DNA of 64,000 nt. Origin: Shigella phage Sf24. A model generated the notes under the pieces. The model searched no databases. It saw only the letters and a list, made by a program, of their open reading frames with translations, and had not been told where the DNA came from. The DNA is taken from sequence record MF327008. One strand, given 5' to 3'. The position numbers were made by a program, and so were the translations under genes. Position 1 is the first letter of the stretch, and each line of letters starts with the position of its first letter. Below, one piece after another: positions 63,899-64,000 of the stretch.

Positions 63899-64000
63899 TT
63901 AATTCATATTACGCTTAATAACTTCAGCAACTTCTAGTAGTTCGTCTTTAGTTGCGGTGTCGGATTGAATTTTATCTCTAATATCTTTAAAGCGGTTTTT
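63899..64000 (-). CDS. 3' end of topoisomerase II large-subunit gene (60/39 region); gene continues past window end
   Basis: Open frame ending ...[16 protein letters not shown]-stop just upstream of rIIA; assigned by position only. Confidence 0.45.
   Translation of the reverse strand, partial: KNRFKDIRDKIQSDTATKDELLEVAEVIKRNMN

Overview
This window reads as a contiguous segment of a T4-like (T-even, Tevenvirinae) Escherichia phage genome, running in T4 map order from the 5' part of rnlB to the 3' end of the topoisomerase large-subunit gene (60/39). Gene identities were assigned by reading the supplied translations against remembered T4 proteins; no database search was run. Recognised blocks: hoc-inh-uvsW-uvsY; baseplate hub 25-26-51-27-28-29-48-54; two tandem Alt ADP-ribosyltransferases; DNA ligase 30 and the 30.x genes; rIII, 31, cd, pseT, alc, rnlA, denA; nrdB-nrdA-td-frd; 32, a SegG-like GIY-YIG endonuclease, 59, 33, dsbA, rnh; long tail fibre 34-35-36-37 with a T2-type gp38 adhesin; holin t, asiA, arn, motA, 52, ac, stp, ndd, denB, rIIB, rIIA. 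Most early genes are on the minus strand and the late structural genes on the plus strand. No tRNA, rRNA, CRISPR array or transposon was seen. Regulatory calls are a recurring minus-strand early-promoter motif (GTTTAC-N14-GTG-N-TAYTAT), MotA-box middle promoters, TATAAATA late promoters, the gene 32 translational operator and many GC-rich hairpins. I did not find a clearly new multi-gene system; the points worth a second look are departures from T4 as I remember it: a perfect 2 x 265 bp tandem duplication between denB and rIIB, a second full-length Alt paralog, an extra ORF between frd and td, intron-less td and nrdB alongside a SegG-like endonuclease, a NADAR-like 30.3 protein, and a T2-type gp37/gp38 adhesin module.
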